NCBI GenBank assembly: GCA_049606355.1
Contig: JBMYVL010000009.1
Location: 30,001-62,000, forward strand
DNA length: 32,000 nucleotides
From: Opitutales bacterium
Lineage (GTDB): Bacteria; Verrucomicrobiota; Verrucomicrobiia; Opitutales; Coraliomargaritaceae
Direction: 5' to 3'
How positions within the stretch are numbered: position 1 is the first letter of the stretch; the number at the start of each line of letters is the position of its first letter. This document shows positions 19,628 through 29,582 of this stretch, piece after piece. The notes beneath the pieces were generated by a model, which ran no database searches, was not told the origin of the DNA, and was given only the letters and a program-made list of their open reading frames with translations. A program made the translations under genes and the position numbers.

Positions 19628-20437
19628 ATGGGATTCGTGGATCGTTTAGAAAAACGTTTGGGTCACTGGGCGGTGCCTAATGTCATGCTGTATATGATCG
19701 TCGCACAGTTGCTCGTGTATGGACTGCTGCTAACCGGCCTGCTGTCATTTGCGACGATGCCGCTGGTACCTGCAGCGGTCGTACACGATCAGCAGTACTG
19801 GCGCTTGGTGACCTTCATTATCGCGCCTCCTTACTTGCCGTCGGGCGCATTTGGAGGCCTTTTTCTCGCGATCTTTTGGTATATTTTATGGATGATGAGT
19901 GGTGCGATTGAGGCGGCTTGGGGCACGTTCCACTTCAACTGTTATTTGCTGCTGGGGGTAGTGCTGACCATCGCCGGTGCCTTCCTCGGTCACTGGATGG
20001 CGCCTGCCGCACCGATCGTAATTTTCCCGAACTTCCTGTACTTAAGCGTCTTCTTTGCGTTTGCCGTCTTAAACCCGAACTTTGAATTCTACTTATTCTT
20101 TGTGCTGCCGGTTAAGGTTAAGTGGTTCGCGTACTTCTCGGCTGGCCTGATGTTGTTTGAAATTATCGCTGCGCCTACTTGGGGAGAGCGTGTCGTGATT
20201 CTGGCACCCGTGCTAAATTTCATTTTGTTTTTTCGTGATGCCTTGGTGCACTCCGTACGTGCCGGGCAACGACGCAAGCAGTTTGAGGCGGAGGCTCGAG
20301 GTCGTGCGGAGCAAGCACTCCACACCTGTTGCCGCTGTGGCGCGACCGATAAAAGCCATCCACAAAGTGAGTTTCGTTATCGCATGGTTGACGGCGAGCA
20401 CCTGTGTATCTGTAGCGAGTGTCGCAACAAACCTTAA
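19628..20437 (+). CDS. Polytopic membrane protein, rhomboid-like with no recognisable catalytic dyad, ending in a C-terminal CxxC…CxxC zinc ribbon
   Basis: 269 aa counted from ATG 19628. The ORF track opens at TTG 19592. It has a WR motif (QQYWRLVTFIIAP) and a following TM pattern resembling rhomboid TM2-TM3. The tail is CCRCG-x22-CICSEC. See findings. Confidence 0.6.
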   Translation: MGFVDRLEKRLGHWAVPNVMLYMIVAQLLVYGLLLTGLLSFATMPLVPAAVVHDQQYWRLVTFIIAPPYLPSGAFGGLFLAIFWYILWMMSGAIEAAWGTFHFNCYLLLGVVLTIAGAFLGHWMAPAAPIVIFPNFLYLSVFFAFAVLNPNFEFYLFFVLPVKVKWFAYFSAGLMLFEIIAAPTWGERVVILAPVLNFILFFRDALVHSVRAGQRRKQFEAEARGRAEQALHTCCRCGATDKSHPQSEFRYRMVDGEHLCICSECRNKP

Positions 20438-23400
20438 TCAGCAGCCTTTGAATTGCTGTTCGATGCTTTCGGCCAACTGATCCAAGCGCTTTTCCGATAC
20501 TTTTTGTGCGGTGCCCAGCTCCTGCGCGTACACAGACACTTTGAATTCTTCCAGGAGCATGTGATAGGGCTGGATGGCTTGCAGGTCGTCAGCTGCAAGG
20601 GTCCGAAGGTCCTGGAGTCGTTGCTCATACGGTGCCACCCGCTTCGATTTTTCAATGTCTCGCTGAATGTTCGCTTTTGCACGTTGCGCCCGCTGTAGCA
20701 TCGCCTGCAGGAAGCGGGTCAGCTGAGCTAGGTCGACGTACTCGTAGCGGTCCAGCAAATCCGACGGGGCAATTTGTTCTAGCTGGGCGCGCATGCCGGG
20801 GTAGGTGATCGCCTGTTTGGTTTGCTTGGCTTCCAGTAGTTTGCTGACTTCCAGTCGCGCTTCCAGAAGTGCATTTAAGCGATCCTTGAATTGCTGTACG
20901 ATCCCGCGCCGTTCAGTCGCAGCACGTTTGAGCACGGCTGTAAATTCAGCGGCTTTGAGCGGATGCATCGCAGTCGATCGAAACAAATGGCGGCGCAACT
21001 GCCCCCACGCCGCTTCCTGAATGGTCTCCAGTGGACCCAATGGCAGCAGCAACAGCCCGAGCTGTTTCAGTTCCTTTAAATCGCGTCGAATCCATGCCAG
21101 GTCGCGCCCCATACTGGATTCACCCAGTAGTGGCCAAGCCTTGCGCGTCGCCTCGTGTGCTTCCTTTTGCCTCGGCAACAGGCGTAGGTGCACCTGACCA
21201 TTGGCTTCGATTAGAGCGGGGTATGCTTTGAGTGGTAGGCCTGCTTCGCCTGCTAAATCGATTGATTCCGGCAAGTCGCCGAAATCCCATGTACTCAAGC
21301 ATTCGCGCTCGTAGTGTTGCGCGGCGGCTTGCCACGCAGGCAGTGATTCAATGCCGTGCCCCTTCGAGTTTTGCTCATGCCGTTCATTCAGTTGCCTGCG
21401 TAAGGCTTGTAGGTCGCGGCTGGTGGCAAGGGCTTGCCCCTTGGTGTCTTCCACTTGAATGCAGGGTTGCAGATAATCGGGTATCGCTGTCGCTGACCAA
21501 TCTTGGTGGCGCGTCAGAATTTTGTATTCAGATTTTAGATACTCAGCAAGCGTTTCGTGTAGGGGTCGCTGAGATTGCTTGAGTTGTTGAGCGATTTGGA
21601 TGGATCGCTCTTTGAGCGGGTGCAGTTGTACACGGATAGCTTTAGGTAGGCCTCGCAGTAGGCTTTCGACCTTCGCTTGTAAGTGTCCGGGTACGGCCCA
21701 ATCGAGTTGGCCAGGCTGGAGGGCTTCCAGTTGTTGTAAGGGGACGCGTAACGTGACGCCATCCTGTGCGCCGCCTGGATCGTGTCGATACAGTAGGGGG
21801 AGCGTACTGCCACCGATGGTGACGGATGCCGGGAAGGCAGTGTCATCGTCGCTTGCTTCCGCTTCCGGCAATAGGTCGGTAAGGCTGACTTTCAGGAAAT
21901 CGAGACTGCCACCCTGTGAGGCTTTCGCGAAGCCACGTAGTTCCGCATAACTTCCTACGGCATCAAGACGACTGCGATAGAAATCAAACAGTCGATCTTC
22001 CACAATTTGGCCTGAGCCCAATCGCCTACGGGCGAGTTCGGATTCAGCTAACTCACAAATACCCTTATTGTGCTGTAAAAAAGCTGGTTGTTCTTGGATG
22101 CCCGCTTCGATCAGACCGTTGCGTACGAACAAGTCTGTGGCGGTGTCCGGGTCGATTGGCGAGAGGCTGACGTTGCGGCGCTTGAGCTCCAGTCCAAATA
22201 AAAGCGTCCGTTGTTTGCACTGGGCTGCAGCATGACGCGTGCTCCAAAATGATTCGGAGTGCTTAACCTGTAGGAGTGGCCCGGCGACTTGTTCGATCCA
22301 CTGAACTTCGATTTTGGCCGCGGTTCGCGCATACAGACGTCCTGTCTCCATCCATTCGCCGCATACAATCCAGTTCGGTGCTTTGGTTTTTGCCGGCTTC
22401 GGCTTTTGAGAAGGTTTGGCGTAGTTTAGCTTACGTTGTTTTTTAGCCGCTTCGTGATCAAATAGGCCAGAGCCGGGAAATAGCATGGCACTGCGTCCGC
22501 GCGGCCCATGGTACTGGTGTTCCCTGTCTTTAAACGCGATATTACTGAGTAGCCCCGCAAGGATCGATTGGTGGATGGCAGCATAACTCGCTGCCAATTC
22601 TGCATCTGCGTTGCGCCCACCTTTTCGAGCGGAGCCTTGTTCTTGTGAGCAGGCACGGTGGGCGCGAGTTATCTTTCGATCCTTGAGAATTTGCGCCAGC
22701 TGTTGGTGTACCTCTCGCCATTCCCGCATGCGCTGGTAGGAGAGGAAATGTTGTTTGCAGAATTTCCGTAACTGACCCTGCGAAAGTCGCTCCATTTCAC
22801 CATGGTAGCTATTCCAGATGTTGAGTAGGGTCAGGAAGTCGGACTCTTTGTGGATGAACCGCTGTTGCATGGCATCGGCTTCTTTGCTCAGCTCTGATGG
22901 TCGCTCGCGCGGGTCCTGAATCGATAGTCCGGCGGCAATCACCAACACTTCCGGCAAGGCATTTACCTGGGCTGCGTATAACAGCATGCGTGCGACCGTA
23001 GGGTCGACAGGCAGTTGCGCCAGCTTGTGACCCAAACGCGTGAGTCGATACTGATCATTTTGCTCGCTGTCATTTTGGATCGCGCCCAGTTCCGCTAACA
23101 GGCGCTGCCCTCCGCGAATTGCGTTTTCTGCTGGCGGCTCAATAAAGGGGAATTGGCGAATGTCGCCGAGGCGGAAAGCCATCATGCGCAAAATGACTGC
23201 CGCTAGATTCGCACGATGGATTTCTGGAGTCGTGAAGCGTGGGCGGGAGTGGTAGTCTTCTTCAGAATACAATCGATAGCAGACGCCATCACTGACGCGA
23301 CCACAACGCCCCTGCCGCTGATTGGCTGAAGATTGCGCAATCGGCTCTATCGGCAGGCGCTGCGTGCGGGAGTGGGGGCTGTAGCGGCTGACCCGCGCGA

Positions 23401-24259
23401 GGCCGGTATCAATGACATAACGTATTCCAGGTACTGTCAGCGAGGTTTCCGCGATGTTGGTGGCCAAGATGATACGCCGCTGTGTAGCAGCTGTGCTGAA
23501 GATGCGCTGCTGGTCGGCAGTTGCCAGACGACCGTACAATGGTAATACATCACAACGGTGCGTGAGGCTGCCGTCCAATAGTTTGCGCAGTTCGTGAATA
23601 TCACGCTCGCTGGGTAAAAAGCTTAGGATGTCGCCGGCTTGATTGTTCGCGATGATTTCATGAATGAGCTCCGCGGCGGCCTCGATGTAAGTTGTGCTTC
23701 CATTGTTTTCTTTCTCCGGATCCAATGGGCGGTAGAGCGTTTCGACCGGAAAGGTGCGTCCAGAGACTTCGATGATTGGAGCATCATTGAAAGCTTTGGA
23801 AAAAGTTTCCGTATCAATCGTTGCCGAAGTAATCACGATCTTTAACTCGGGTCGTTGACGCATCAGGCCACGTAAATGCCCCAGGATGAAGTCAATGTTC
23901 AGACTGCGCTCATGTGCCTCGTCGATGACGATCGCTTCGTAGCGACTCAATTGTGGATCCTCTTGGATTTCATTGAGTAGGATGCCATCGGTCATCAATT
24001 TGACCGCCGTTTGTGTACTCGTCTGGTCCGTGAAGCGAATCTTCGCGCCGACAGCTTGCCCGAGTGGGACCTGCAATTCTTCTGCAATGCGCTTTGCCAC
24101 CGACATCGCCGCGACGCGCCGTGGTTGAGTGCAGCCAATCCAGCCCCTTTGCCCAAATCCGCATTCGAGGAGAAACTTGGGTAACTGAGTCGTTTTACCG
24201 GAGCCCGTTTCTCCGGCGATCACCACGACGGGGTTCGATTGGATCGTGCGCACAATCAC
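20438..24259 (-). CDS. hrpA: ATP-dependent RNA helicase HrpA (DEAH box)
   Basis: 1273 aa. Motifs: [34 protein letters not shown] and QRQGRCGR, plus a long HrpA-specific C-terminal region. The first canonical start is GTG 24259. Conserved sequence continues upstream; see findings. Confidence 0.93.
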   Translation of the reverse strand: MIVRTIQSNPVVVIAGETGSGKTTQLPKFLLECGFGQRGWIGCTQPRRVAAMSVAKRIAEELQVPLGQAVGAKIRFTDQTSTQTAVKLMTDGILLNEIQEDPQLSRYEAIVIDEAHERSLNIDFILGHLRGLMRQRPELKIVITSATIDTETFSKAFNDAPIIEVSGRTFPVETLYRPLDPEKENNGSTTYIEAAAELIHEIIANNQAGDILSFLPSERDIHELRKLLDGSLTHRCDVLPLYGRLATADQQRIFSTAATQRRIILATNIAETSLTVPGIRYVIDTGLARVSRYSPHSRTQRLPIEPIAQSSANQRQGRCGRVSDGVCYRLYSEEDYHSRPRFTTPEIHRANLAAVILRMMAFRLGDIRQFPFIEPPAENAIRGGQRLLAELGAIQNDSEQNDQYRLTRLGHKLAQLPVDPTVARMLLYAAQVNALPEVLVIAAGLSIQDPRERPSELSKEADAMQQRFIHKESDFLTLLNIWNSYHGEMERLSQGQLRKFCKQHFLSYQRMREWREVHQQLAQILKDRKITRAHRACSQEQGSARKGGRNADAELAASYAAIHQSILAGLLSNIAFKDREHQYHGPRGRSAMLFPGSGLFDHEAAKKQRKLNYAKPSQKPKPAKTKAPNWIVCGEWMETGRLYARTAAKIEVQWIEQVAGPLLQVKHSESFWSTRHAAAQCKQRTLLFGLELKRRNVSLSPIDPDTATDLFVRNGLIEAGIQEQPAFLQHNKGICELAESELARRRLGSGQIVEDRLFDFYRSRLDAVGSYAELRGFAKASQGGSLDFLKVSLTDLLPEAEASDDDTAFPASVTIGGSTLPLLYRHDPGGAQDGVTLRVPLQQLEALQPGQLDWAVPGHLQAKVESLLRGLPKAIRVQLHPLKERSIQIAQQLKQSQRPLHETLAEYLKSEYKILTRHQDWSATAIPDYLQPCIQVEDTKGQALATSRDLQALRRQLNERHEQNSKGHGIESLPAWQAAAQHYERECLSTWDFGDLPESIDLAGEAGLPLKAYPALIEANGQVHLRLLPRQKEAHEATRKAWPLLGESSMGRDLAWIRRDLKELKQLGLLLLPLGPLETIQEAAWGQLRRHLFRSTAMHPLKAAEFTAVLKRAATERRGIVQQFKDRLNALLEARLEVSKLLEAKQTKQAITYPGMRAQLEQIAPSDLLDRYEYVDLAQLTRFLQAMLQRAQRAKANIQRDIEKSKRVAPYEQRLQDLRTLAADDLQAIQPYHMLLEEFKVSVYAQELGTAQKVSEKRLDQLAESIEQQFKGC

Positions 24260-24424
24260 CGCCCGTTTTTCGTGAATCGGGAGATCGTTGGAGTAAGTCG
24301 GTTGGAGTCGTGTTTTAATAGTAGGGCCGAATAGGTGACATCGGTTCGAGCGTGTTGCGGCATATATCGCTGCTGTGCGCGCGTGGATTCAAGCCATTTC
24401 AGATTTTGAAGCAGCACTTGGGCA

Positions 24425-24454
24425 CAAAAAAGCCTCGGCGCGGTGCCGAGGCTT
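24425..24454 (-). terminator. Intrinsic terminator after rpmB
   Basis: Stem AGCCTCGGC (24431-24439) pairs with GCCGAGGCT (24445-24453) around loop GCGGT. On the minus strand it is followed by TTTTTTG, which is the plus-strand A-run at 24426-24431. Confidence 0.8.
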
Positions 24455-24477
24455 TTCAGAAAAGAGTAGCGAGCGTT

Positions 24478-24708
24478 TTAGGCTTTTTGGACTTTGCCGG
24501 CTTTGATCGCCTTCGCGGAGACCCACATCCGCTTAACTTGGCCGCTCGGCAGCTTTACGCGAATGCGCTGGACGTTTGGACGGAAACGGCGCTTCGTATT
24601 CTTGACGAGAGACGTACCGATACCGCCGCTTTTCTTCGTGAGACCCTTGCGGATGATGCGTCCGCCTTTAACGGGACGCTTACCTGTGACTGCGCAAATT
24701 CGTGCCAT
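24478..24708 (-). CDS. rpmB: 50S ribosomal protein L28
   Basis: 76 aa: MARICAVTGKRPVKGGRIIRKG…RRFRPNVQRIRV…. A strong AAGGAG Shine-Dalgarno sequence at 24719-24714 lies 5 nt upstream of the ATG. Confidence 0.95.
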   Translation of the reverse strand: MARICAVTGKRPVKGGRIIRKGLTKKSGGIGTSLVKNTKRRFRPNVQRIRVKLPSGQVKRMWVSAKAIKAGKVQKA

Positions 24709-24788
24709 AAAAACTCCTTAAATTTTGGATGAAAGCGGTGAAAAGTAGGGCTTCGGGGGCACCTAGCAAGCATTTTTCCACAAAATAT

Positions 24789-25781
24789 TTAGGCCGGTCG
24801 GACGCCCCAAAGTGCTTGAAATCGCTGCCCCATGTGCGCGGGGTGGATGAGTTCCATTAAGGTTTGTCGTTGCGGACTGAGGGACCAGGCCGATGCTTGT
24901 ACGATGGCTTCGGCTGCTTTGCTTCCGTGATGGACGAAGAAGGCTTCTTGGCTTTGGCGTTGTACTGAGTGCAATCCGCTTGCTTTGAGCAGTGCCTCCA
25001 GGGGTGTCCAGTTGACATCGCAGGTAATATCCTGAGCGCCTCTGCGTACCAATAGGTCATTGCCTTGTTGGTGTTTATAATAACTGCGTGCGGTACCACC
25101 CGGGCAGGTCTCGATTAGTTGCTGCCATGTTTTGCCATAGTCGAAAAGTAAGATGAGTCCGCTCCAGTCTTGGGCGAGCAACTCGGCCAACGCGACTTCG
25201 GTTTGTAGGGGTAGGTCGAGCTCATAGCCGTCGGCGGCCTGCTGGGGCAATCGATCGAGGTAGGCGGCAACTTGGGGGGTGTGTTCGTCGAGCAAGACTT
25301 CGGTGAAACGGTCGTGCTGGATGGTAACCCCGCGCTCGCGCCAGCAACCGTCGCGAAAGATCAGTCGATGGAAGGGCAGGGCATCGAGCCATTCGTTGGC
25401 GAATAAGACGACAGGCCCTTCGGCAGTAAGTGCCTGTCCGGGGCGAATGGTACGGTTGCCGGCAAAGGGATTACTGTCCACATAAGTGAGTAATTCTGCT
25501 CCAGGCTCGGCGGCGATTTCGATGAACTGGCTCTGGCGAACGGTTGCTTCGCCGAGTATATCCTGTACCGCAGCGATCACTAAGTTGGCAAAGACGGGCC
25601 CCAAGCTTTCGGCAGTGTAAAAATCACGCTGTGGTGTACGACCGACTCGTTCGCGTTCGCTGGTATAGTAGCCGCAGTTTTTTGCGTACAATACCTGTTC
25701 GATATAATCACAATAGCTGATCGGCCCACTTGCGCAACAAGTGCGTAGGTGTTTGTCGAGAATTGCTTCAGTGCCGGTCAT
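24789..25781 (-). CDS. MidA/NDUFAF7-like (DUF185) class I SAM-dependent methyltransferase
   Basis: About 330 aa. The N terminus …GPISYCDYIEQVLYAKNCGYYTS… and the segments …FANEWLDALPFHRL… and …DITCDVNWT… fit the DUF185 pattern. I prefer ATG 25781 over GTG 25805. Confidence 0.7.
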   Translation of the reverse strand: MTGTEAILDKHLRTCCASGPISYCDYIEQVLYAKNCGYYTSERERVGRTPQRDFYTAESLGPVFANLVIAAVQDILGEATVRQSQFIEIAAEPGAELLTYVDSNPFAGNRTIRPGQALTAEGPVVLFANEWLDALPFHRLIFRDGCWRERGVTIQHDRFTEVLLDEHTPQVAAYLDRLPQQAADGYELDLPLQTEVALAELLAQDWSGLILLFDYGKTWQQLIETCPGGTARSYYKHQQGNDLLVRRGAQDITCDVNWTPLEALLKASGLHSVQRQSQEAFFVHHGSKAAEAIVQASAWSLSPQRQTLMELIHPAHMGQRFQALWGVRPA

Positions 25782-25887
25782 GGAGTTGACAAGGTGCAGA
25801 CCCACGGGCTTGGAACAAGCGCTTTTTAGGGTGGCAACCTAAAGTGCCGCGTAAATTGGTTGTTGTCGCTGCGTCCTGGATTGCTTG

Positions 25888-26934
25888 ATGCTATCCACTG
25901 TGATCTTAGCTATTGAAAGTTCCTGTGATGAATCAGCGCTCGCCTTGTTTGACCCAAAGCACGGGATGGTCGGCGAATGGGTACACAGCCAAATACAGCT
26001 GCACCAAGAGTACGGTGGAGTCGTTCCGGACCTTGCCAGTCGGGAGCACTTGAAAAACTTTTTCCCTTTGCTGGAGACTTCAGCTATTTTAACACGTCAA
26101 TCCGCTATAACACAGGTGGCGGTTACTCATGGGCCGGGCTTGGCAGGTTGTCTCGCGCTGGGCATCGCCTTTGCGAAAAGTTTGGCATTTGCGTGGCAGT
26201 TACCACTGCACGGCGTCAATCATTTGCGGGGGCATGCGTTTTCGCCGTTTATCGCGCTCCACCAAGCGGATCCATCCGGTTTTACAGCTGCCTACAAGGC
26301 CTTGCTGCCGCACCTTGGCCTCATCGTGTCCGGCGGTAATACCATTCTCTTTGAGATTGATCGGGCCGGGCACTTGCAGGTTCTCGCGGAGACTGTGGAT
26401 GATGCTGCCGGGGAAGCTCTGGATAAGGGTGCCAAACTTTTGGGCCTGCCGTATCCGGGCGGCCCGCAAATCGAGCAATTGGCGATAAACGGTGATCCGC
26501 ATGGTTTCGACTTTCCGAAGGCCATTGCTCCGCGCAATGAACGACGCTTTAGTTTTTCGGGCTTAAAGACCAGCCTACGTTATCGCTTGGAAAAACTCAG
26601 TGATGTTGAGCTCGCGAATGCACTGCCGGACATCTGCGCGTCTTATCAATCTGCTGTGATCGATCAATTGCGCGGCAAGACGCGTCATTTACTCAGTGGT
26701 AGTGACTATAAAAGTTTGGGTCTTTCCGGCGGCGTTTCCAACAATCAAGCATTGCGTGTGGCCATGGCGGACTTGGCGCAGCGCTATCGGATTCCTTGCC
26801 TGATTGCCGAGCCTCGGCATACGGGGGATAATGCCGGGATGATTGCCTTTGCCGCCTTTGCAGATCAAGCGGACTGCGTTGCGGATAGTACGGATGCTCC
26901 CTTGACATTGCAGCCTTCCTTGCGGCTCGCTTGA
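25888..26934 (+). CDS. tsaD: tRNA N6-adenosine threonylcarbamoyltransferase TsaD
   Basis: Motifs: …ILAIESSCDESALALFD…, …VTHGPGLAGCLALG…, …VNHLRGH… and …GGVSNNQALR…. The start is ATG 25888, one codon inside the ORF-track TTG at 25885. Confidence 0.93.
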   Translation: MLSTVILAIESSCDESALALFDPKHGMVGEWVHSQIQLHQEYGGVVPDLASREHLKNFFPLLETSAILTRQSAITQVAVTHGPGLAGCLALGIAFAKSLAFAWQLPLHGVNHLRGHAFSPFIALHQADPSGFTAAYKALLPHLGLIVSGGNTILFEIDRAGHLQVLAETVDDAAGEALDKGAKLLGLPYPGGPQIEQLAINGDPHGFDFPKAIAPRNERRFSFSGLKTSLRYRLEKLSDVELANALPDICASYQSAVIDQLRGKTRHLLSGSDYKSLGLSGGVSNNQALRVAMADLAQRYRIPCLIAEPRHTGDNAGMIAFAAFADQADCVADSTDAPLTLQPSLRLA

Positions 26935-26958
26935 TTTGAAAAAAGCAAAAAAACTCGG

Positions 26959-26987
26959 TTGACGCCTGCAAGGGAGCAACCCTTAAT
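26959..26987 (+). promoter_or_regulatory. Sigma70-like promoter for tRNA-Phe
   Basis: TTGACG (26959-26964), a 17-nt spacer, then CTTAAT (26982-26987). The -10 element ends 17 nt upstream of the mature tRNA 5' end. Confidence 0.45.
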
Positions 26988-27004
26988 CCCCAGCTTTTAC
27001 AGAA

Positions 27005-27080
<76 letters not shown>

Positions 27081-27085
27081 CTTTT

Positions 27086-27112
27086 AAAGCCCGCTTCCGA
27101 GCGGGCTTTTTT
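27086..27112 (+). terminator. Intrinsic terminator after tRNA-Phe
   Basis: Stem AAAGCCCGCT (27086-27095) pairs with AGCGGGCTTT (27100-27109) around loop TCCG. A T-run extends to 27112. Confidence 0.8.
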
Positions 27113-27202
27113 GGTGTGGTTTCGCCTGCGTTACAATCAATCGCGACGCAATGGCGAGCCGATGACTGCTGCCGTGTTGAGCGACGCGGCAGTGGGTTGC
27201 CC

Positions 27203-28054
27203 TTAGTTGCTGTCGGTGGTTACTCGCTCAATGCCACTGTCGGTGATGCGAATCGTTCGCTCCTTGTACAGTGAGCTCAGCGCTTGCTTGAAGGCTTTCT
27301 TGCTGATGTTGAATGCCTCCCGAATGGATTCAGGGGAGCTCTTGTCATTGTAGGGGAGTATGCCGCCGGCTTTTTCGAGCTCTTCGAGCACGCTTGCCCG
27401 AATCTGCGTTACACGACCACGACCGAAGGGATCGCGGCGCAGATCAATTTTGCCATCGTTGTGAACCTTTTTGACGTAGCCGGTGATCTGATCGCCTTCT
27501 TCCAGCTGATCGGAAGTTTCCTCGTGCAGCAGCAGGCCGCGGTAGCGCTTGTCGACAATCGCTTTGTAACCCAGCGGGCTGTCTCCATAAATCAATAGGT
27601 CCACTGGCTGATTGGCTTCGTAGTTTGGTTTTTCCTTGGCAAGGTGTTGGTGAAGTCGAGTGGAGGCAACTACTCGATTCGTGTACTTATCGACGTAGAC
27701 GGCAACGATGGCGCCATCACCGACGCGGAAACGAATATTACCTTGCTCGCGAAAGGGCAGCAGCAAGTCCTTGCTGAGGCCCCAGTCTAAAAAGGCACCA
27801 GCGTTTGGATTGATACCAACCACTTCCAGGTAGGCAAATTCGCCGGCTTGTGCGAAGGGTGTTTCAGTTGTCGCGACTAGGCGATCTTCAGAATCGTTAT
27901 ACAGAAACACGTCGACCTCAGTGCCAACCGTCATGTCCTTTGTCACGTAGCGATTGGGGAGAAGGATTTTCGCGTGCGGACCACCGTCGAGATAAAGACC
28001 GTGCTCGCTGGCTTCGACCACGGTGAGCGTGTTGTTGCGTCCAATCTTAGCCAT
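27203..28054 (-). CDS. CvfB/YitL-family S1-like RNA-binding protein
   Basis: 283 aa. It has repeated S1-like segments (…[19 protein letters not shown]…, …[19 protein letters not shown]…, …[19 protein letters not shown]…) and a C-terminal winged-helix-like tail. The start ATG 28054 lies 1 nt after the ispA stop. Confidence 0.8.
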   Translation of the reverse strand: MAKIGRNNTLTVVEASEHGLYLDGGPHAKILLPNRYVTKDMTVGTEVDVFLYNDSEDRLVATTETPFAQAGEFAYLEVVGINPNAGAFLDWGLSKDLLLPFREQGNIRFRVGDGAIVAVYVDKYTNRVVASTRLHQHLAKEKPNYEANQPVDLLIYGDSPLGYKAIVDKRYRGLLLHEETSDQLEEGDQITGYVKKVHNDGKIDLRRDPFGRGRVTQIRASVLEELEKAGGILPYNDKSSPESIREAFNISKKAFKQALSSLYKERTIRITDSGIERVTTDSN

Positions 28055-28055
28055 G

Positions 28056-28940
28056 TCAATACGTGCGGTTTTGCATGTCGCGAACCAACTCCAAGAGGAA
28101 GTGGTTGTTGCCGCCGAGGGCCTCTAAGGCTGCAATTGCCGCATCGGTATGCGTCTTCGCTTCGGTGCGCGCGCCTTCGATGCCGTACAGCGCGACGTAG
28201 GTGGACTTGTGTGCTGCGGCATCATTACCAACCGGCTTGCCTAGGGCCGTTGCATTGGAAGTTGCATCCAGGATGTCGTCAACGATTTGAAAGGCCATGC
28301 CGAGGTGGAACCCTGCGCCTTGTAGCTGCTGTAATTGTGTTACACCGGGATTGCAAAAACGTAGGCCCATAGACAAGGCCGCAGCTAAAAGCGCCGCGGT
28401 TTTGTTGGTATGGATGTAGCGCAGCGCTTCGGCATCGACGGTCTTCCCCTCGTTTTCAATATCTTCCATCTGTCCACCAATCAGTTGTTCGCTGCCGGCG
28501 GCATCGGCTAGATCGCGAATTAACCCACAGGCGAGCTCGGCTTGCTCTGCATAAGCGCGGCTGAGTAACTGGAAAGCAAAGGTCAATAAGGCATCGCCAG
28601 CCAGTAGGGCTGTGGCCTCGTCAAATTGTTTGTGGCAGGCGGGGCGTCCGCGGCGCAAGTCACTGTTATCGACGGCCGGTAGATCATCATGAATCAGTGT
28701 ATAGGTATGCAGGCATTCGATCGCCACAGCTGCCGCCATCGGATCGGCGATGTGCTCAAATAGTTCGCTGCTGGCAATTAAAAGTACGGGTCGAATGCGT
28801 TTGCCGCCGGCTTGCAACGAGTAGCGCATCGCATTGTGTAAAGCCTCGGGCCGCGTGCCGACGGGTGGTAGATACTGGTCGATCGCTGACTCAATGCGCG
28901 CCTGATAGGCCGCCAATTTTTCTTGGATTGCAGATTTCAC
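28056..28940 (-). CDS. ispA: Polyprenyl diphosphate synthase, most likely (2E,6E)-farnesyl diphosphate synthase
   Basis: First Asp-rich motif [19 protein letters not shown] and second Asp-rich motif [10 protein letters not shown] Tyr five residues before the first motif (HTYTLIHDD) matches E. coli IspA and favours a C15 product. GTG start. Confidence 0.85.
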   Translation of the reverse strand: MKSAIQEKLAAYQARIESAIDQYLPPVGTRPEALHNAMRYSLQAGGKRIRPVLLIASSELFEHIADPMAAAVAIECLHTYTLIHDDLPAVDNSDLRRGRPACHKQFDEATALLAGDALLTFAFQLLSRAYAEQAELACGLIRDLADAAGSEQLIGGQMEDIENEGKTVDAEALRYIHTNKTAALLAAALSMGLRFCNPGVTQLQQLQGAGFHLGMAFQIVDDILDATSNATALGKPVGNDAAAHKSTYVALYGIEGARTEAKTHTDAAIAALEALGGNNHFLLELVRDMQNRTY

Positions 28941-28966
28941 TCGGGTACTTATGATGCAAGTTAGCT

Positions 28967-29575
28967 ATGAAGGAAACGCCAATATTTGAAGAAGTTTTCA
29001 TGCGTCTGATTCGTTTACCGGGGGTCGCAGCAGCAGTCGTTATCGGCGGCTTACTTGCATTTGTACCGATCGCCAATGTCTTTGCTTTTGGTTACCTCTA
29101 TCGTTTTGCGGGGCGCCTGCGCCGGACCGGTCAATTGTCGCTGCCAGAGTGGGCCGATTGGCAGAGTCTTTTTGTCGACGGCTTACGCTTTGCTGTGATT
29201 TGGTTGGCATATTGGTTGCTGCCAGTTGTCGTCACCTGGTTGATCGCGGAACTATTCCATCGGATGGGTCTCGCTATCATTGCTTATCCGCTACTATCAC
29301 TGGTCTTTGCGGTGGCCTCGCTGATGTTTTGTGCCGCGCTCTACCGCTTTCAAACGCGCGCCGATTTCAGCGACTTATGGGATGTGCCCTTAATCTGGCG
29401 GATGGCCACGGTTGATTGGAAGCGTTTTATTATACCTGCGTTGGTAGCCTTAGGCATCATCGCGTTTGCGAAACCGCTTTATGGTTTGGTCTTTTTTGCC
29501 GGCTTCCTCGTGTTGATTGCCTACACCAGCTTGTCCTATCGGGTGATGGAACAACGTGCCGCGTTGGTACGCTAG
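28967..29575 (+). CDS. Uncharacterised membrane protein, possibly DUF4013 family
   Basis: 202 aa with four or five TM helices. The segment …FGYLYRFAGRLRRTGQLSLPEWADWQSLFVDGLRF… resembles the remembered DUF4013 signature. The family assignment is tentative. Confidence 0.6.
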   Translation: MKETPIFEEVFMRLIRLPGVAAAVVIGGLLAFVPIANVFAFGYLYRFAGRLRRTGQLSLPEWADWQSLFVDGLRFAVIWLAYWLLPVVVTWLIAELFHRMGLAIIAYPLLSLVFAVASLMFCAALYRFQTRADFSDLWDVPLIWRMATVDWKRFIIPALVALGIIAFAKPLYGLVFFAGFLVLIAYTSLSYRVMEQRAALVR

Positions 29576-29582
29576 GCAGTCC

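Noticed and set aside
20435-20440. Zero-gap or overlapping convergent gene ends: TAA/TCA abutting at 20435-20440, the CTAG shared stop at 30776-30779, and the 18-bp overlap at 15988-16005.
   Set aside because: Tight or overlapping convergent termini are common in compact bacterial genomes. They mainly indicate the absence of intrinsic terminators here and are not a distinct element.
24742-24769. Candidate rpmB promoter on the minus strand: TTGCTA, 16-nt spacer, TACTTT.
   Set aside because: The -10 hexamer matches only 3 of 6 consensus positions. It is plausible but too weak to report as a feature without transcription start data.
27113-27202. A possible antisense or sRNA unit between the tRNA terminator and the cvfB-like gene end. 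It has a TACAAT box at 27132-27137 and an imperfect hairpin CTGCCGTG…CGCGGCAG at about 27165-27188.
   Set aside because: The -35 region is poor and the spacing is suboptimal. The hairpin has a mismatch and no T-tract on either strand. Nothing distinguishes it from ordinary 3' UTR sequence.
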